From NCBI GenBank assembly GCA_964366335.1, contig CAYITQ010000002.1, forward strand, positions 1-41,549: DNA of 41,549 nt. Reading direction: 5' to 3'. Within the stretch, counting starts at the first letter, position 1. Each line of letters starts with the position of its first letter. The notes under the pieces are model-generated. The model saw nothing but the letters and a program-made list of their open reading frames with translations. It had not been told where the DNA came from and did not search any database. The position numbers were made by a program, and so were the translations under genes. The DNA is from an uncultured Gammaproteobacteria bacterium. Lineage in GTDB: Bacteria > Patescibacteriota > Microgenomatia > CAZETR01 > Amesbacteraceae. Shown here piece by piece: positions 1 to 9,058 of this stretch.

Positions 1-61
1 GCTCTTGCAATGGCCATATGTTTTGTTTTCTACCCATATATTTTTTAGGGCAGGAATATTA

Positions 62-84
62 AATAAAAAATCCCCTCGCGGGGA
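62..84 (-). terminator. intrinsic terminator downstream of rsmA
   Basis: The minus strand reads TCCCC-gcga-GGGGA followed by TTTTTTATTT, about 100 nt after the rsmA stop. Confidence 0.55.
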
Positions 85-188
85 AGTTAACTGAGGCTAA
101 CCAGCCCCGGAATAAATTTAGTTATAGCCTTCTGGATCATCTACCCAAGATTATATCACTCTCCCGCAAGTTGTCAATACTATAGGTT

Positions 189-1187
189 CTAATAACCTAG
201 TTCAAAAACCAATCTTACTCCAGCAACCAGTTCTCTAATCCCCGGATTATCAAGGCTCATGAAAGATCTCTCTAAAATATCTTGTCCCAATCTCATGTTA
301 GCTATAATCTGCAAAGCTCGACTTTGGTCAATTGCTCCTCGTTCACGATCCTCACTTTGAGCAATATCTCCATATGTATTCCATTGCTGCACCCAACCTT
401 TTGTTTGGCGTCGAACAACGGCGCGATCTCGTTGGTGACTTTCCTGTTTATCCAAAGTGCCTCTGCCAGCTATTTCTGATCTGGCTACAATTGCTTCTTT
501 AATCACATTTTCTACTAGTTGACTATGCGTTGCCGTTTTAACCAGTCTGGCAAAGATAAAATTTGATGCTGAAGCTGATATTTGGGATTCTTCTTTAGGA
601 GTCATTCTAACTATTGCGGAATCTGTCCTGGGACAAGGGTAAAAACTATCTTTTGAAACCGTTAATAAATGTTCAATTACAAAAAAGGTCTGGGCTATAA
701 ACGACATCCTCCCATAAATTCCGTCTGTTTCTTCTGCAAGAAGAAGCCCTGCCGCGTTATCACCAATCATAAGCACAGCATTTAAGATTTCGCTGTCTGC
801 TAGTAGCCAAATCATAGGCTCAATAATATGAAACGGTAGATTTGATATCGCTTGGGTAATCTCTGGTTCTATAAATTCCGCCAAGCCAGTATCTAAAACA
901 TTAGCATATCTAACATCTACATTCCCATTTTCTTTTTGTACTTTGGTAAGAAACGGTTCGAATTTTTGATCTATTTCTAAGGATGTGACACTTGAGGCTA
1001 CCTTAGCCAAAGCATTGGTTAAATTTCCTGTGCCCGCTCCCACTTCTATCACATGTGCTCCATTTAAAACTAGCGAAGCCATATATCGTATTACTCCTTT
1101 ATCAATCACGAAATTCTGCCCCAATTTTTCGTTGGGCGACACACCGTGCTCTTCAAGTAAAGATTCTATTTCCAATACACTTGCCAT
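189..1187 (-). CDS. rsmA: 16S rRNA (adenine1518/1519-N6)-dimethyltransferase RsmA/KsgA with a C-terminal extension
   Basis: Contains N-terminal KLGQNFV, the SAM-binding motif VIEVGAGTGNLT, and SNLPFHI (NLPY-like). The 332 aa length is longer than typical because of a charged C-terminal tail. Confidence 0.85.
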   Translation of the reverse strand: MASVLEIESLLEEHGVSPNEKLGQNFVIDKGVIRYMASLVLNGAHVIEVGAGTGNLTNALAKVASSVTSLEIDQKFEPFLTKVQKENGNVDVRYANVLDTGLAEFIEPEITQAISNLPFHIIEPMIWLLADSEILNAVLMIGDNAAGLLLAEETDGIYGRMSFIAQTFFVIEHLLTVSKDSFYPCPRTDSAIVRMTPKEESQISASASNFIFARLVKTATHSQLVENVIKEAIVARSEIAGRGTLDKQESHQRDRAVVRRQTKGWVQQWNTYGDIAQSEDRERGAIDQSRALQIIANMRLGQDILERSFMSLDNPGIRELVAGVRLVFELGY

Positions 1188-1225
1188 AACGCGGGAGATT
1201 ATAGCAAAAAACTAAGTACAAAGTA

Positions 1226-1253
1226 TTGACAATTGTCTTGTTTAGTATATTAT
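1226..1253 (+). promoter_or_regulatory. sigma70-like promoter for folE
   Basis: TTGACA (1226-1231), a 16-nt spacer, then TATTAT (1248-1253). Confidence 0.5.
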
Positions 1254-1306
1254 AAGTGTATACGGCCGCAGTGCCATACGTAACCAAACGTAATTTAAGA
1301 TCTGCT

Positions 1307-1891
1307 ATGAATAATGTTACATCGAAAAACCTTAATATTCAAAAGGCTGTTGTGGATTTTTTCGTTCAATTGGGAGATGACCCAAACAGAGATGGCATAA
1401 GAGAGACACCCAAACGACACGAGGAAGCAATGAAATATTTGTTGGGTGGTTATGAGCGAAGCTTTGAACAAGAGAATAAGTTGTTTGAAAATTTAACAAA
1501 ATACAAAGATATTATTGTGCTCAAAAATATTGACTTCTTTTCAACATGTGAGCACCATCTTCTTCCATTCTTTGGCTACGCCCATGTTGGCTATGTTCCG
1601 GGTAAGAGAGTTTTAGGAATTAGTAAATTGGCCCGAGCTGTTGATATTTATGCTCGCAGACTCCAAGATCAAGAATCCCTGGGATCTCAAGTTGCGGATG
1701 TACTCATTACTACGGGAGAGGCCGAGGGAGCCGCCGTTTTAATTGAAGGTAGACATTTGTGTAATGCAGCTAGAGGAGTAGAGAAAACTTTATCGATAAT
1801 GACAACCTGCGTTTTCAGGGGAAGCTTTGAAAATAACACTAAGCTCCAAGACAAATTTTTGGATATAGTTAGAATTAGAAAAAGTCTCTAA
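1307..1891 (+). CDS. folE: GTP cyclohydrolase I
   Basis: Contains the zinc/active-site motif STCEHHLLPF and RLQDQE (RLQVQE-like). I placed the start at ATG 1307 (MNNVTS...). The ORF-track start at 1256 is a GTG that lies inside or just after the -10 box. Confidence 0.88.
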   Translation: MNNVTSKNLNIQKAVVDFFVQLGDDPNRDGIRETPKRHEEAMKYLLGGYERSFEQENKLFENLTKYKDIIVLKNIDFFSTCEHHLLPFFGYAHVGYVPGKRVLGISKLARAVDIYARRLQDQESLGSQVADVLITTGEAEGAAVLIEGRHLCNAARGVEKTLSIMTTCVFRGSFENNTKLQDKFLDIVRIRKSL

Positions 1892-1898
1892 TTTAGTC

Positions 1899-2720
1899 AT
1901 GATAACGGTACTTATCAGAATCAGTGATGACTACAGAGTTTTAAAATGTATTGACTCTATCAGAAAAACATCACTTTCTTCCCAAATAATTGTATCCATG
2001 ACACCAAATAAATTCCTCGAAAAAATAATAAAAGAGTTAGGTATTAGGTATTGTATAGTCCCAAAAAAAAATGTGTCCGTAACCACAAACAGGGGCCTTG
2101 AATTAGTAAAAACTCCAAAAGTTATTGTGACCGATTGTGACACGATATTTGATAAGAATTGCATTAACAAGTTAGATAAAGCCCTCGACCGGTATGATGT
2201 TGTAAAACCAAAATTAATTTTTCAAACAAAAAAAGGGTTCTTCAATAAATCTGTAGCAAATTTACGAACCTATTTCAACAATGGTCCTAAGATGTACATG
2301 CCTGGATTATCATTTAGATTGAATATCAAAACTAGAATAGGCAACCACTTTTTTGACGAAAATGTGGCATGGAGTGAAGATTCTGAATTTTCTAACCGAA
2401 TCGAAAAAGTTAATTTAATAACTCACTATGTAAAATCTGCCCAATTGTTCCACCCACCTTTAAATATCAGCCATGATTTGGCAGACTCCTTTCTAATTGG
2501 AGCAAAGAAGTACAAAAGGCAGCGTCTGGGAGAATTAATTCAGAAAAGAATAAAGAAGTATAAGCAGATCTTCACTTTGTTTGGACTCTCGACCACAATC
2601 TATGGAATTATTTGGTATTTATTTTTTGATTTAGGCCAAATGTCAAAAGGATTAGGTCCTATTGGAATAGGCCTTCAAGACATGGCGTGGGCGATCATCA
2701 CTAAAAAGAAAAACAAATAA
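1899..2720 (+). CDS. family 2 glycosyltransferase with a C-terminal membrane segment
   Basis: The GT-A style N-terminus (MITVLIRISDD...) has a TDCD acidic motif (VIVTDCDTIF). The C-terminus is hydrophobic (LFGLSTTIYGIIWYLFF). Confidence 0.65.
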   Translation: MITVLIRISDDYRVLKCIDSIRKTSLSSQIIVSMTPNKFLEKIIKELGIRYCIVPKKNVSVTTNRGLELVKTPKVIVTDCDTIFDKNCINKLDKALDRYDVVKPKLIFQTKKGFFNKSVANLRTYFNNGPKMYMPGLSFRLNIKTRIGNHFFDENVAWSEDSEFSNRIEKVNLITHYVKSAQLFHPPLNISHDLADSFLIGAKKYKRQRLGELIQKRIKKYKQIFTLFGLSTTIYGIIWYLFFDLGQMSKGLGPIGIGLQDMAWAIITKKKNK

Positions 2721-3709
2721 TGAAAAGTGTTTATTTTGCAAACATTTGGCCTCAAATAATCACCGAAAGAGGATTTAAGTTATTCGAAAAGCTCGGATAT
2801 TCAATTTCTGGAAATTGGTTATGCGATAGTATGGATTTTAACAACTCATTTAGAATACTCTACCCTTACGCAAATTTTGATAATGCGTTGATTATTGACA
2901 AAGAACAAAATCGTTTATGGAAAAAGGTTATATCTTATATTCTATTCCCAGATTCGTGTGTTGGGTGGGATTGTGATAAAAATAAATATTTATTAAAAAT
3001 AAATAATAACTTTTTAAGTAGTATAGAAAAATCTAGAGCTATTATTTCACATAGTAATTATTCTCTAAATCTTATTCAAAAAACTTATGGTGATATAAGT
3101 GCAAATATCGTCCCTTTGGGTATAGACACAAATTCAATTAGGTCTTTTCCTAAGAAAAGATCTAAAACTTTAAAAGTATTGTGGAATAATATGTGGAGAT
3201 CAGACAAGGGCACTATCGAGGCTTTTCGAATAATTAAGTCTCTTGCTCAAAAGTATCCAGAAGTCGATTTCTTAATCTGTCAATCTGAAACTTGGGGAAC
3301 CAATTCAAATTCTTCTGCATATAAATTGCTATGTCAACCACAATTACGGAGTTTACACAATCTTCAAAATGTAGAATTTATTTCTAGGTTAAAGAAACAG
3401 ACTGAATATTGGGAGCTACTTAGACAGGTGGATATTGGGTTCAGCACATCTTTTCATGAAGGATTTGGATTATCTATGATGGAACAAGAAGCCGCAGAAA
3501 TAGCGTGCGTGGTCCCAAACGAAGAGGTTTATCCAGAATTACACAGCGGGTGTTTGATTTCAGAAAGAAACCATATAATTAACGACCTACAAAGGCTGAT
3601 AGAAGATGCCAATTTAAGAAAAACAATTGCAAAAAGATGTTTAGAAAACGCCTCAAAATACGATATTGAATTTTGGGTAAAGTCTATAGTTAAACACTTA
3701 AATAATTGA
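2720..3709 (+). CDS. GT-B (GT1/GT4-like) glycosyltransferase
   Basis: The C-terminal half has HEGFGLSMMEQEAAEIACVVPN, which resembles the EX7E region. Its start overlaps the GT2 stop by 1 nt (TAATG). Confidence 0.65.
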   Translation: MKSVYFANIWPQIITERGFKLFEKLGYSISGNWLCDSMDFNNSFRILYPYANFDNALIIDKEQNRLWKKVISYILFPDSCVGWDCDKNKYLLKINNNFLSSIEKSRAIISHSNYSLNLIQKTYGDISANIVPLGIDTNSIRSFPKKRSKTLKVLWNNMWRSDKGTIEAFRIIKSLAQKYPEVDFLICQSETWGTNSNSSAYKLLCQPQLRSLHNLQNVEFISRLKKQTEYWELLRQVDIGFSTSFHEGFGLSMMEQEAAEIACVVPNEEVYPELHSGCLISERNHIINDLQRLIEDANLRKTIAKRCLENASKYDIEFWVKSIVKHLNN

Positions 3710-4732
3710 GTACTTACTTTTACTAAATACTTCTTCGAACATGTTCATCTGAAGATGTAAATTGTTAAGTTGAAACTCAAGCTCACTAATTACCCTTTCC
3801 AGATCGGCCAATAATTCCCTTCTACTTGTATGTATATACTCCTTGATTAGATATATAGATTCCCGTGTCAACAATGTGAGACCTGATCCATAAATAAATT
3901 CAGGTATTACTTTTGAAATATGTCCATGTTCATTATATATTGATAAAAACTCCTTTTGTTTTTCTTTCCAATCACCATTTAAATAAACAGCGTGTAAATC
4001 ATTTAGGGTCAGTGTTATGTCTGCTTCGAGACAGTCATTTCTCGCGTTTCCAAAATCAAATACTTTAGATATTCCCATGGAGCTAAACTTTATATTTTTT
4101 GTTCTATAATCGCCGTGAATTGGAGTAGTTTTCTTTTGTGAAAGTTTAAATATGCTAGTTATTATTTTGTAAGCTTGGATAATTAGAATTTTTATTCTTT
4201 TTATTTCAACTTCATTTGCCAGGATACCTAAATCAAAAGTATCAAGAAAACAAATATCCGGTTTAAAATCTGCCACCACAGGCCAATTTCTCGCTCCTTC
4301 AATTACCAAGTCACTACTAAAATCGTGCAGATCCTTAAGCCCTATCGCCATTTCTCTTAAATGCTTTGTATTATTAGAATCAAATTGAACTCCTTTAGCA
4401 TATTCATATACAGCAAACATATGACCGTCTATTTCTACTGGTTGTCCTCTATGTATTGACAGCGGATATCCTTTCTCATGAAGTAAGTTCATATATTTAT
4501 GAATCCAGAAAACATCCTCTTTTTGTGACCATTTTGGATACTTTTTGATAATCCATTTGTTATCTTGTTGGTCCTCAAAAGACCAAATTTTACTGGTATT
4601 CCCCAAAGAACTTTCGAGTGTTAAGTATGTAAGATTTTTTATACCCGATACATCAAAAGAGGCGGAAACAAGAACTTTAGAAATATTAAACGGAATTTTT
4701 TGTGGTGTAGATATTTTCCGAGTATGTTCCAT
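3698..4732 (-). CDS. APH/choline-kinase-fold small-molecule kinase, substrate unknown
   Basis: Contains the Brenner-type catalytic motif IHGDYRTKN followed by a DFG-like FDFGNA. Its 5' end overlaps the upstream BpsA-like gene by 47 nt. Confidence 0.6.
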   Translation of the reverse strand: MEHTRKISTPQKIPFNISKVLVSASFDVSGIKNLTYLTLESSLGNTSKIWSFEDQQDNKWIIKKYPKWSQKEDVFWIHKYMNLLHEKGYPLSIHRGQPVEIDGHMFAVYEYAKGVQFDSNNTKHLREMAIGLKDLHDFSSDLVIEGARNWPVVADFKPDICFLDTFDLGILANEVEIKRIKILIIQAYKIITSIFKLSQKKTTPIHGDYRTKNIKFSSMGISKVFDFGNARNDCLEADITLTLNDLHAVYLNGDWKEKQKEFLSIYNEHGHISKVIPEFIYGSGLTLLTRESIYLIKEYIHTSRRELLADLERVISELEFQLNNLHLQMNMFEEVFSKSKYSII

Positions 4733-5645
4733 GGATTAGCACCTTTGTTTTAGGTGTAATGTCACAAATAAAAAGAGAGCTAGCACTGCCAATGGATTCG
4801 GCACCGGTATAACGGTTAAACTTGTCAAACACCCATCTCATCATCAGCCCGGACTTGATCACTACACCATAAATAGGCAGAAACCTTTCTTTAGCTCTGT
4901 CACTGTTACCATAGCAAAAATATATTCTGGCGGCTTGATTGCCATTGATATCTAAAGCTTCGATAGCCCGGGAGAGAAAAAGGCTTACACCTTCGGTAGT
5001 ATAGGGCGGATCCGTAAATACCACATCAAATTTACCCCGCAGCTCATCCGGTAGTACTTTCCTGGCATCGTATTTTGTGGTTTCTATTCCCGCTGACGCT
5101 ATCTTTATCCCCTCTAAAATTCTGGGGTCTATATCTAACACACAGACCCTGGCTGGTTTACCAACATGAGATACGGCTACCGAAGTAAAATCATCATCCC
5201 CTAAAAACAAAATTCTTTTCCCCTTGATATCTTCAAAAAAGTCCATCAGTATAGCTCTTCTGGTGGTAGTTTCGATAGTAGCCGTAAATTGGTCATAGTC
5301 TCTTTTGGGTTCGGCTCTGAGGTTTTTGTAGCCTTTCAATAAATTGACAACCTTGCCAAATTGGTTATTTCTTTCCAAGAATGCCCACATAGACTCTTCT
5401 GTCTCATATGAACCCAAAAATAGTTCACCAACAACATTTCTACCCTGGTCATTCAATGCCGTTTTGCCGGAAACCGGCTCCAATAGATTCTCAAGACCCT
5501 CCTTCACTTGATTTATGACATTTCTGGAAATTCCGACCCTTCTTACTAAATCGTTATTTTCGATTTGACTGGACTTCAAAGCCCACAACATATCCATCAC
5601 TTTCTTAACGGGAAGACCCAACTGTTTTGAGATTTCAAGCAACAT
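4686..5645 (-). CDS. BpsA/DUF43-like aminopropyltransferase (branched-chain polyamine synthase family) with an N-terminal HTH-like domain
   Basis: Contains the GDDD motif (ILFLGDDDFTSVAV), VLDIDPR, and FDVVFTDPPYT. The first 70 aa or so look like a winged-helix domain. Confidence 0.55.
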   Translation of the reverse strand: MLLEISKQLGLPVKKVMDMLWALKSSQIENNDLVRRVGISRNVINQVKEGLENLLEPVSGKTALNDQGRNVVGELFLGSYETEESMWAFLERNNQFGKVVNLLKGYKNLRAEPKRDYDQFTATIETTTRRAILMDFFEDIKGKRILFLGDDDFTSVAVSHVGKPARVCVLDIDPRILEGIKIASAGIETTKYDARKVLPDELRGKFDVVFTDPPYTTEGVSLFLSRAIEALDINGNQAARIYFCYGNSDRAKERFLPIYGVVIKSGLMMRWVFDKFNRYTGAESIGSASSLFICDITPKTKVLIHGTYSENIYTTKNSV

Positions 5646-5725
5646 ACTGATGTCAATTATCCTCCGACTTAGTCTAAAAAGGCAAGTTGCAGTAATAAAT
5701 TAGTCAACATTAACTTAGCCTTGAA

Positions 5726-5779
5726 CATGTATACTTGTATTGTACCAAACCAAGTCAAGGATTGCAAACTATAGGATAA
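5726..5779 (+). repeat. 54-bp intergenic direct repeat, copy A
   Basis: CATGTATACTTGTATTGTACCAAACCAAGTCAAGGATTGCAAACTATAGGATAA. It matches copy B at 49/54 positions, and the last 37 nt are identical. Confidence 0.9.
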
Positions 5780-5803
5780 GGGGTGGTACACGCGTAAGAG
5801 GAC

Positions 5804-6565
5804 TTAAACCAGATTTTTTAGAGGAATTTTAATACTGGGTTGAGTATCTAATATCCTTCTTGTAACTCCATCTGTTCCTACTACACCAAACTTCGTTCTT
5901 TTGGCATCGGCATATGTATTAGGAGTTTTGAAGCATTCAAATACTTGTTCAGCCGTCCAGACATTGCCATCACTATGCCAAGTATTCAATACTACGGAAT
6001 TATCAAATAAATAAGGAATTAATTGTACAGGCACATATTTAAGTCTCTGTGTCGAAGACTCTGCCGCCATTTTAACCCTGTGATGGCCATCAAGAACGCC
6101 TAGATCACCATAAATTAGACTATCTATAATTCCCATTCCTCCTTTTGTAACTAAGGCACTGTAAATACTAGAATAAACTTGAGTGTTTAAAATCATATTG
6201 CCTTTACAAAGGGTATAAGCCGCAACTGCTATAGGAGAACCATCCCACCCACTAGAGAAATCAATTTCTGCGAAACCACTCTCATTACGACCCTCGGGAA
6301 TCCACTTCGGGTTATTTGGGTCTCCAATGGTATCCTCATGAGTACCTAAAAGCTTTGGGGGAACCAGTAAAACAAGTGGTTTAAATGGTGTTTTTGAAGA
6401 GTCAATTGACTCTGGTATATCGCCTTTACCATGTACACTCCTCCAACCTCTCTGCCTCTGTTGTTTGCCCCCACTGTGAACAATTTCTAATCCTTTTAAC
6501 CGCGAATTGCCTGAAGAAATTAAATCTCCATAATTGAGGATTTTGGGTGCTTCCCTTATAGACAT
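5804..6565 (-). CDS. ParB/sulfiredoxin-fold (DGHHR motif) protein of unknown function
   Basis: The motif GVLDGHHRV is typical of ParB/Srx-fold NTP-binding proteins. There is no HTH or DNA-binding tail. The gene is divergent from the phosphoserine phosphatase gene. Confidence 0.45.
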   Translation of the reverse strand: MSIREAPKILNYGDLISSGNSRLKGLEIVHSGGKQQRQRGWRSVHGKGDIPESIDSSKTPFKPLVLLVPPKLLGTHEDTIGDPNNPKWIPEGRNESGFAEIDFSSGWDGSPIAVAAYTLCKGNMILNTQVYSSIYSALVTKGGMGIIDSLIYGDLGVLDGHHRVKMAAESSTQRLKYVPVQLIPYLFDNSVVLNTWHSDGNVWTAEQVFECFKTPNTYADAKRTKFGVVGTDGVTRRILDTQPSIKIPLKNLV

Positions 6566-6626
6566 TAAACATGCCTTATATCAAATAAGAATTTACTTGT
6601 CAAGTATTTAATTAAGAAACTTCTGT

Positions 6627-6655
6627 TTGAATATTGTGCATCAATAAGATAAAAT
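6627..6655 (+). promoter_or_regulatory. promoter for the serB-serS operon
   Basis: TTGAAT, a 17-nt spacer, then TAAAAT. The -10 box ends 8 nt before ATG 6664. Confidence 0.5.
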
Positions 6656-6663
6656 TCATCTTT

Positions 6664-7338
6664 ATGAAAAGAAAAATCAATCCTAGAGGTTATGATATTA
6701 TAATCTTCGATTGCGACAGCACACTATCCGCTGTCGAAGGAATAGATCTGCTTGCAGAAAAGCATGGGATAAAAGACAAGGTCGAAGAGCTTACCCATCT
6801 AGCCATGAATGGCCATAGTAATTTCGCTGATGCACTTGCATTAAGACTCGAATTGGTTCAACCAACAAGAGAGGATCTTTACTGGCTAGGAGAAGAATAT
6901 ATTAGAAAGACTACTCCGGGCACTAAAGAATTGATTTCTGAACTTCATAAAATAGATAAGGAGATATACATAATTTCAGGTGGATTCAAAGATGCAATTA
7001 GAATCTTCGCAAAACACATTAATATTAAGGAATCTCATGTTTTTTCCAATGTCCTATTCTTTGATCAAGAAGGCAAATATACAGGCTTTGATAAAACGAA
7101 TCCACTTTCTAAAAATCATGGCAAACGAATCACGCTTAAAGAACTGGCAAAAATGGGAAACACTTTGTTTGTTGGAGACGGGATCACAGACTTAGAAGCA
7201 AAAGATGTGGTTGATTTATTTGTGGGTTTTGGCGGAGTACAAGTACGGGATGCGGTCAAAAAGGAAGCAGACATTTTTATTGAAGAAAAAACGCTGAAAA
7301 AGATTGTCAATATAGCCTCAGGTTCGAGAATGATTTGA
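6664..7338 (+). CDS. serB: phosphoserine phosphatase (HAD family, PSPH-like)
   Basis: HAD motif I is FDCDSTL, followed by EGIDLLA, ISGGF and GDGITD. From memory it is collinear with eukaryote-type PSPH. I started it at ATG 6664 rather than the track's TTG at 6634. Confidence 0.82.
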   Translation: MKRKINPRGYDIIIFDCDSTLSAVEGIDLLAEKHGIKDKVEELTHLAMNGHSNFADALALRLELVQPTREDLYWLGEEYIRKTTPGTKELISELHKIDKEIYIISGGFKDAIRIFAKHINIKESHVFSNVLFFDQEGKYTGFDKTNPLSKNHGKRITLKELAKMGNTLFVGDGITDLEAKDVVDLFVGFGGVQVRDAVKKEADIFIEEKTLKKIVNIASGSRMI

Positions 7339-7363
7339 CAGACATGATAAAGTATTAGTTGAA

Positions 7364-8599
7364 ATGTTAGAAATTAATCGAATAAGAAATTATCCTGAAG
7401 AAATTAGGAAGGCAACCGAAGATAAGGGTTTCGATGGGATGGTAATAGATGAGCTTCTTGCAGCTGACCAAAGAAGGAAAACAATTGTTGGAGAGGTTGA
7501 AAAGTTAAGGGCAGAGAGAAATAAATTAACTAAAGGAGATATTCAACGCGGTCGGGAAATTAAACAACTTTTAAATGATAGGCAAGGTGTATTGTCCGAT
7601 GCTAACGAAAACTTTATGATGCTTATGCTTAGAGTTCCCAACCCTTCTGCTCCAGATGTTAAAATCGGAACCGCAGATGATAACGAGGTACTTCGTCAAG
7701 TTGGTCAGCCTAGAAGTTTTTCATTCCCGGTCCGTGATCATATGGATATTGGGAATCTAACTGATACTATTGATACTGAACGTGGGGCTAAAGTCGCACA
7801 ATCTGGTTTTTACTTTATCAAAGGCGAAGGAGCTCTTTTGGAATTTGCGCTTGTTCAATATGCAATGACAAAACTTGTAGCAGGTGGATTTACCCCTGTG
7901 ATAACTCCAAATCTAGTTAAAGAAAGAATCATGGTGGGTTGCGGTTTTCAGTCAAGAAGTGACAAAGAAAGACAAATATACAATGTTGAAGGTGAGAACC
8001 TAGATTTAATTGCAACCGCCGAAATTACTTTAGTAGGACAGCATACGGACGAAACGATTGATTCCAAAGATTTACCCAAAAAATATGCCGGTTACTCTTA
8101 CTGTTATAGACAGGAGAGGGGGGGCTATGGCAAAGATGTGAGAGGAATATTAAGAGTTCATGAGTTTAGAAAAGTTGAGATGGTATTATTCTGTTTACCC
8201 GAAGAAAGCGATAGCTGGCACGAGAAACTAAGAGAAGCCGAGGAAGATATTTGGCAAGGGTTGGAAGTACCATATCAAGTTGTTAAAATGGCAAGTGGTG
8301 ATTTAGGAAGTGCAGCCTCACGAAAATATGACCTCGAAGCCTGGATGCCCTCACAAAATAAATATCGAGAGGTTACTTCAACTTCGAATACCACCGATTT
8401 TCAGGCAAGGCGTCTAAATATTAAGTACCGAAGAGACGGAAAAAGTGAATACCTTCATACCTTAAATGGCACGGCGATTGCGTTAGGACGAGCCATGATT
8501 GCCATTTATGAAAATTTCCAAAATCCTGACGGTTCAGTGTCTATTCCTCCAGTTCTTCAAAAGTGGATGAATGGGAAAAAGGTTATCGAAGTAAAATAA
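7364..8599 (+). CDS. serS: seryl-tRNA synthetase
   Basis: It has an N-terminal coiled-coil arm and class II motifs (YCYRQE...G, RVHEFRKVE, GTAIALGRAMIAIYENFQ). Confidence 0.95.
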   Translation: MLEINRIRNYPEEIRKATEDKGFDGMVIDELLAADQRRKTIVGEVEKLRAERNKLTKGDIQRGREIKQLLNDRQGVLSDANENFMMLMLRVPNPSAPDVKIGTADDNEVLRQVGQPRSFSFPVRDHMDIGNLTDTIDTERGAKVAQSGFYFIKGEGALLEFALVQYAMTKLVAGGFTPVITPNLVKERIMVGCGFQSRSDKERQIYNVEGENLDLIATAEITLVGQHTDETIDSKDLPKKYAGYSYCYRQERGGYGKDVRGILRVHEFRKVEMVLFCLPEESDSWHEKLREAEEDIWQGLEVPYQVVKMASGDLGSAASRKYDLEAWMPSQNKYREVTSTSNTTDFQARRLNIKYRRDGKSEYLHTLNGTAIALGRAMIAIYENFQNPDGSVSIPPVLQKWMNGKKVIEVK

Positions 8600-8629
8600 T
8601 ATTTGGACGTTAAGATTAAACTCCAAAAG

Positions 8630-8683
8630 CATGTATGCCTGCAGTATACCAAACCAAGTCAAGGATTGCAAACTATAGGATAA
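8630..8683 (+). repeat. 54-bp intergenic direct repeat, copy B
   Basis: CATGTATGCCTGCAGTATACCAAACCAAGTCAAGGATTGCAAACTATAGGATAA, in the same orientation as copy A. Confidence 0.9.
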
Positions 8684-9038
8684 TCACAGAGATTAATTGC
8701 TGGCCTGGTTTGTCCATGGATAAGGAAACTTTCTGGCCTACAGATACCTTTATCCAACTGGATATTTGGGGACGATTATTTATAATTTCCCAGACCGATA
8801 TTTTATCCAGATCCGAAAAATACATTTCTTCGCCTCCGTCTATGGCCACCGTTAGCGATCCGATGTCATATTTCACCACAAGGCCTTTTAAAACTTGACC
8901 TTTTTCATCTTGTTTATTTAAGACGATCGGGGTGGGATTAAGAGGTTTGTTCGCCAAATACTTTTGTCTCGCCACAAATGCCCCAACCAACAAAATTACC
9001 ACACTTGTTATGAAAAACACCCCTTTCATATTTTCCAT
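8673..9038 (-). CDS. small membrane-anchored hypothetical protein
   Basis: Starting at MENMKG gives an N-terminal TM helix (VFFITSVVILLVGAFV). I recognised no family. Its 3' end overlaps repeat copy B. Confidence 0.4.
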   Translation of the reverse strand: MENMKGVFFITSVVILLVGAFVARQKYLANKPLNPTPIVLNKQDEKGQVLKGLVVKYDIGSLTVAIDGGEEMYFSDLDKISVWEIINNRPQISSWIKVSVGQKVSLSMDKPGQQLISVIIL

Positions 9039-9046
9039 TTTACCAC

Positions 9047-9052
9047 TATAAT
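9047..9052 (+). promoter_or_regulatory. -10 box for pilM (leaderless-type spacing)
   Basis: TATAAT followed by 6 nt (taaagt) and then ATG 9059. Confidence 0.45.
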
Positions 9053-9058
9053 TAAAGT

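Noticed and set aside
1-48. Window-edge fragments: a plus-strand ORF tail ending at TAG 46-48, and a minus-strand ATG at 37 reading MGRKQNIWPLQE leftwards out of the window.
   Set aside because: Both are too short to identify or to choose between.
160-190. A third partial match (TTGTCAATACTATAGG) to the core of the 54-bp repeat (TTGCAAACTATAGG).
   Set aside because: Only about 8 contiguous nt are shared. An 8-mer match is expected by chance in a window this size, and it overlaps the rsmA stop.
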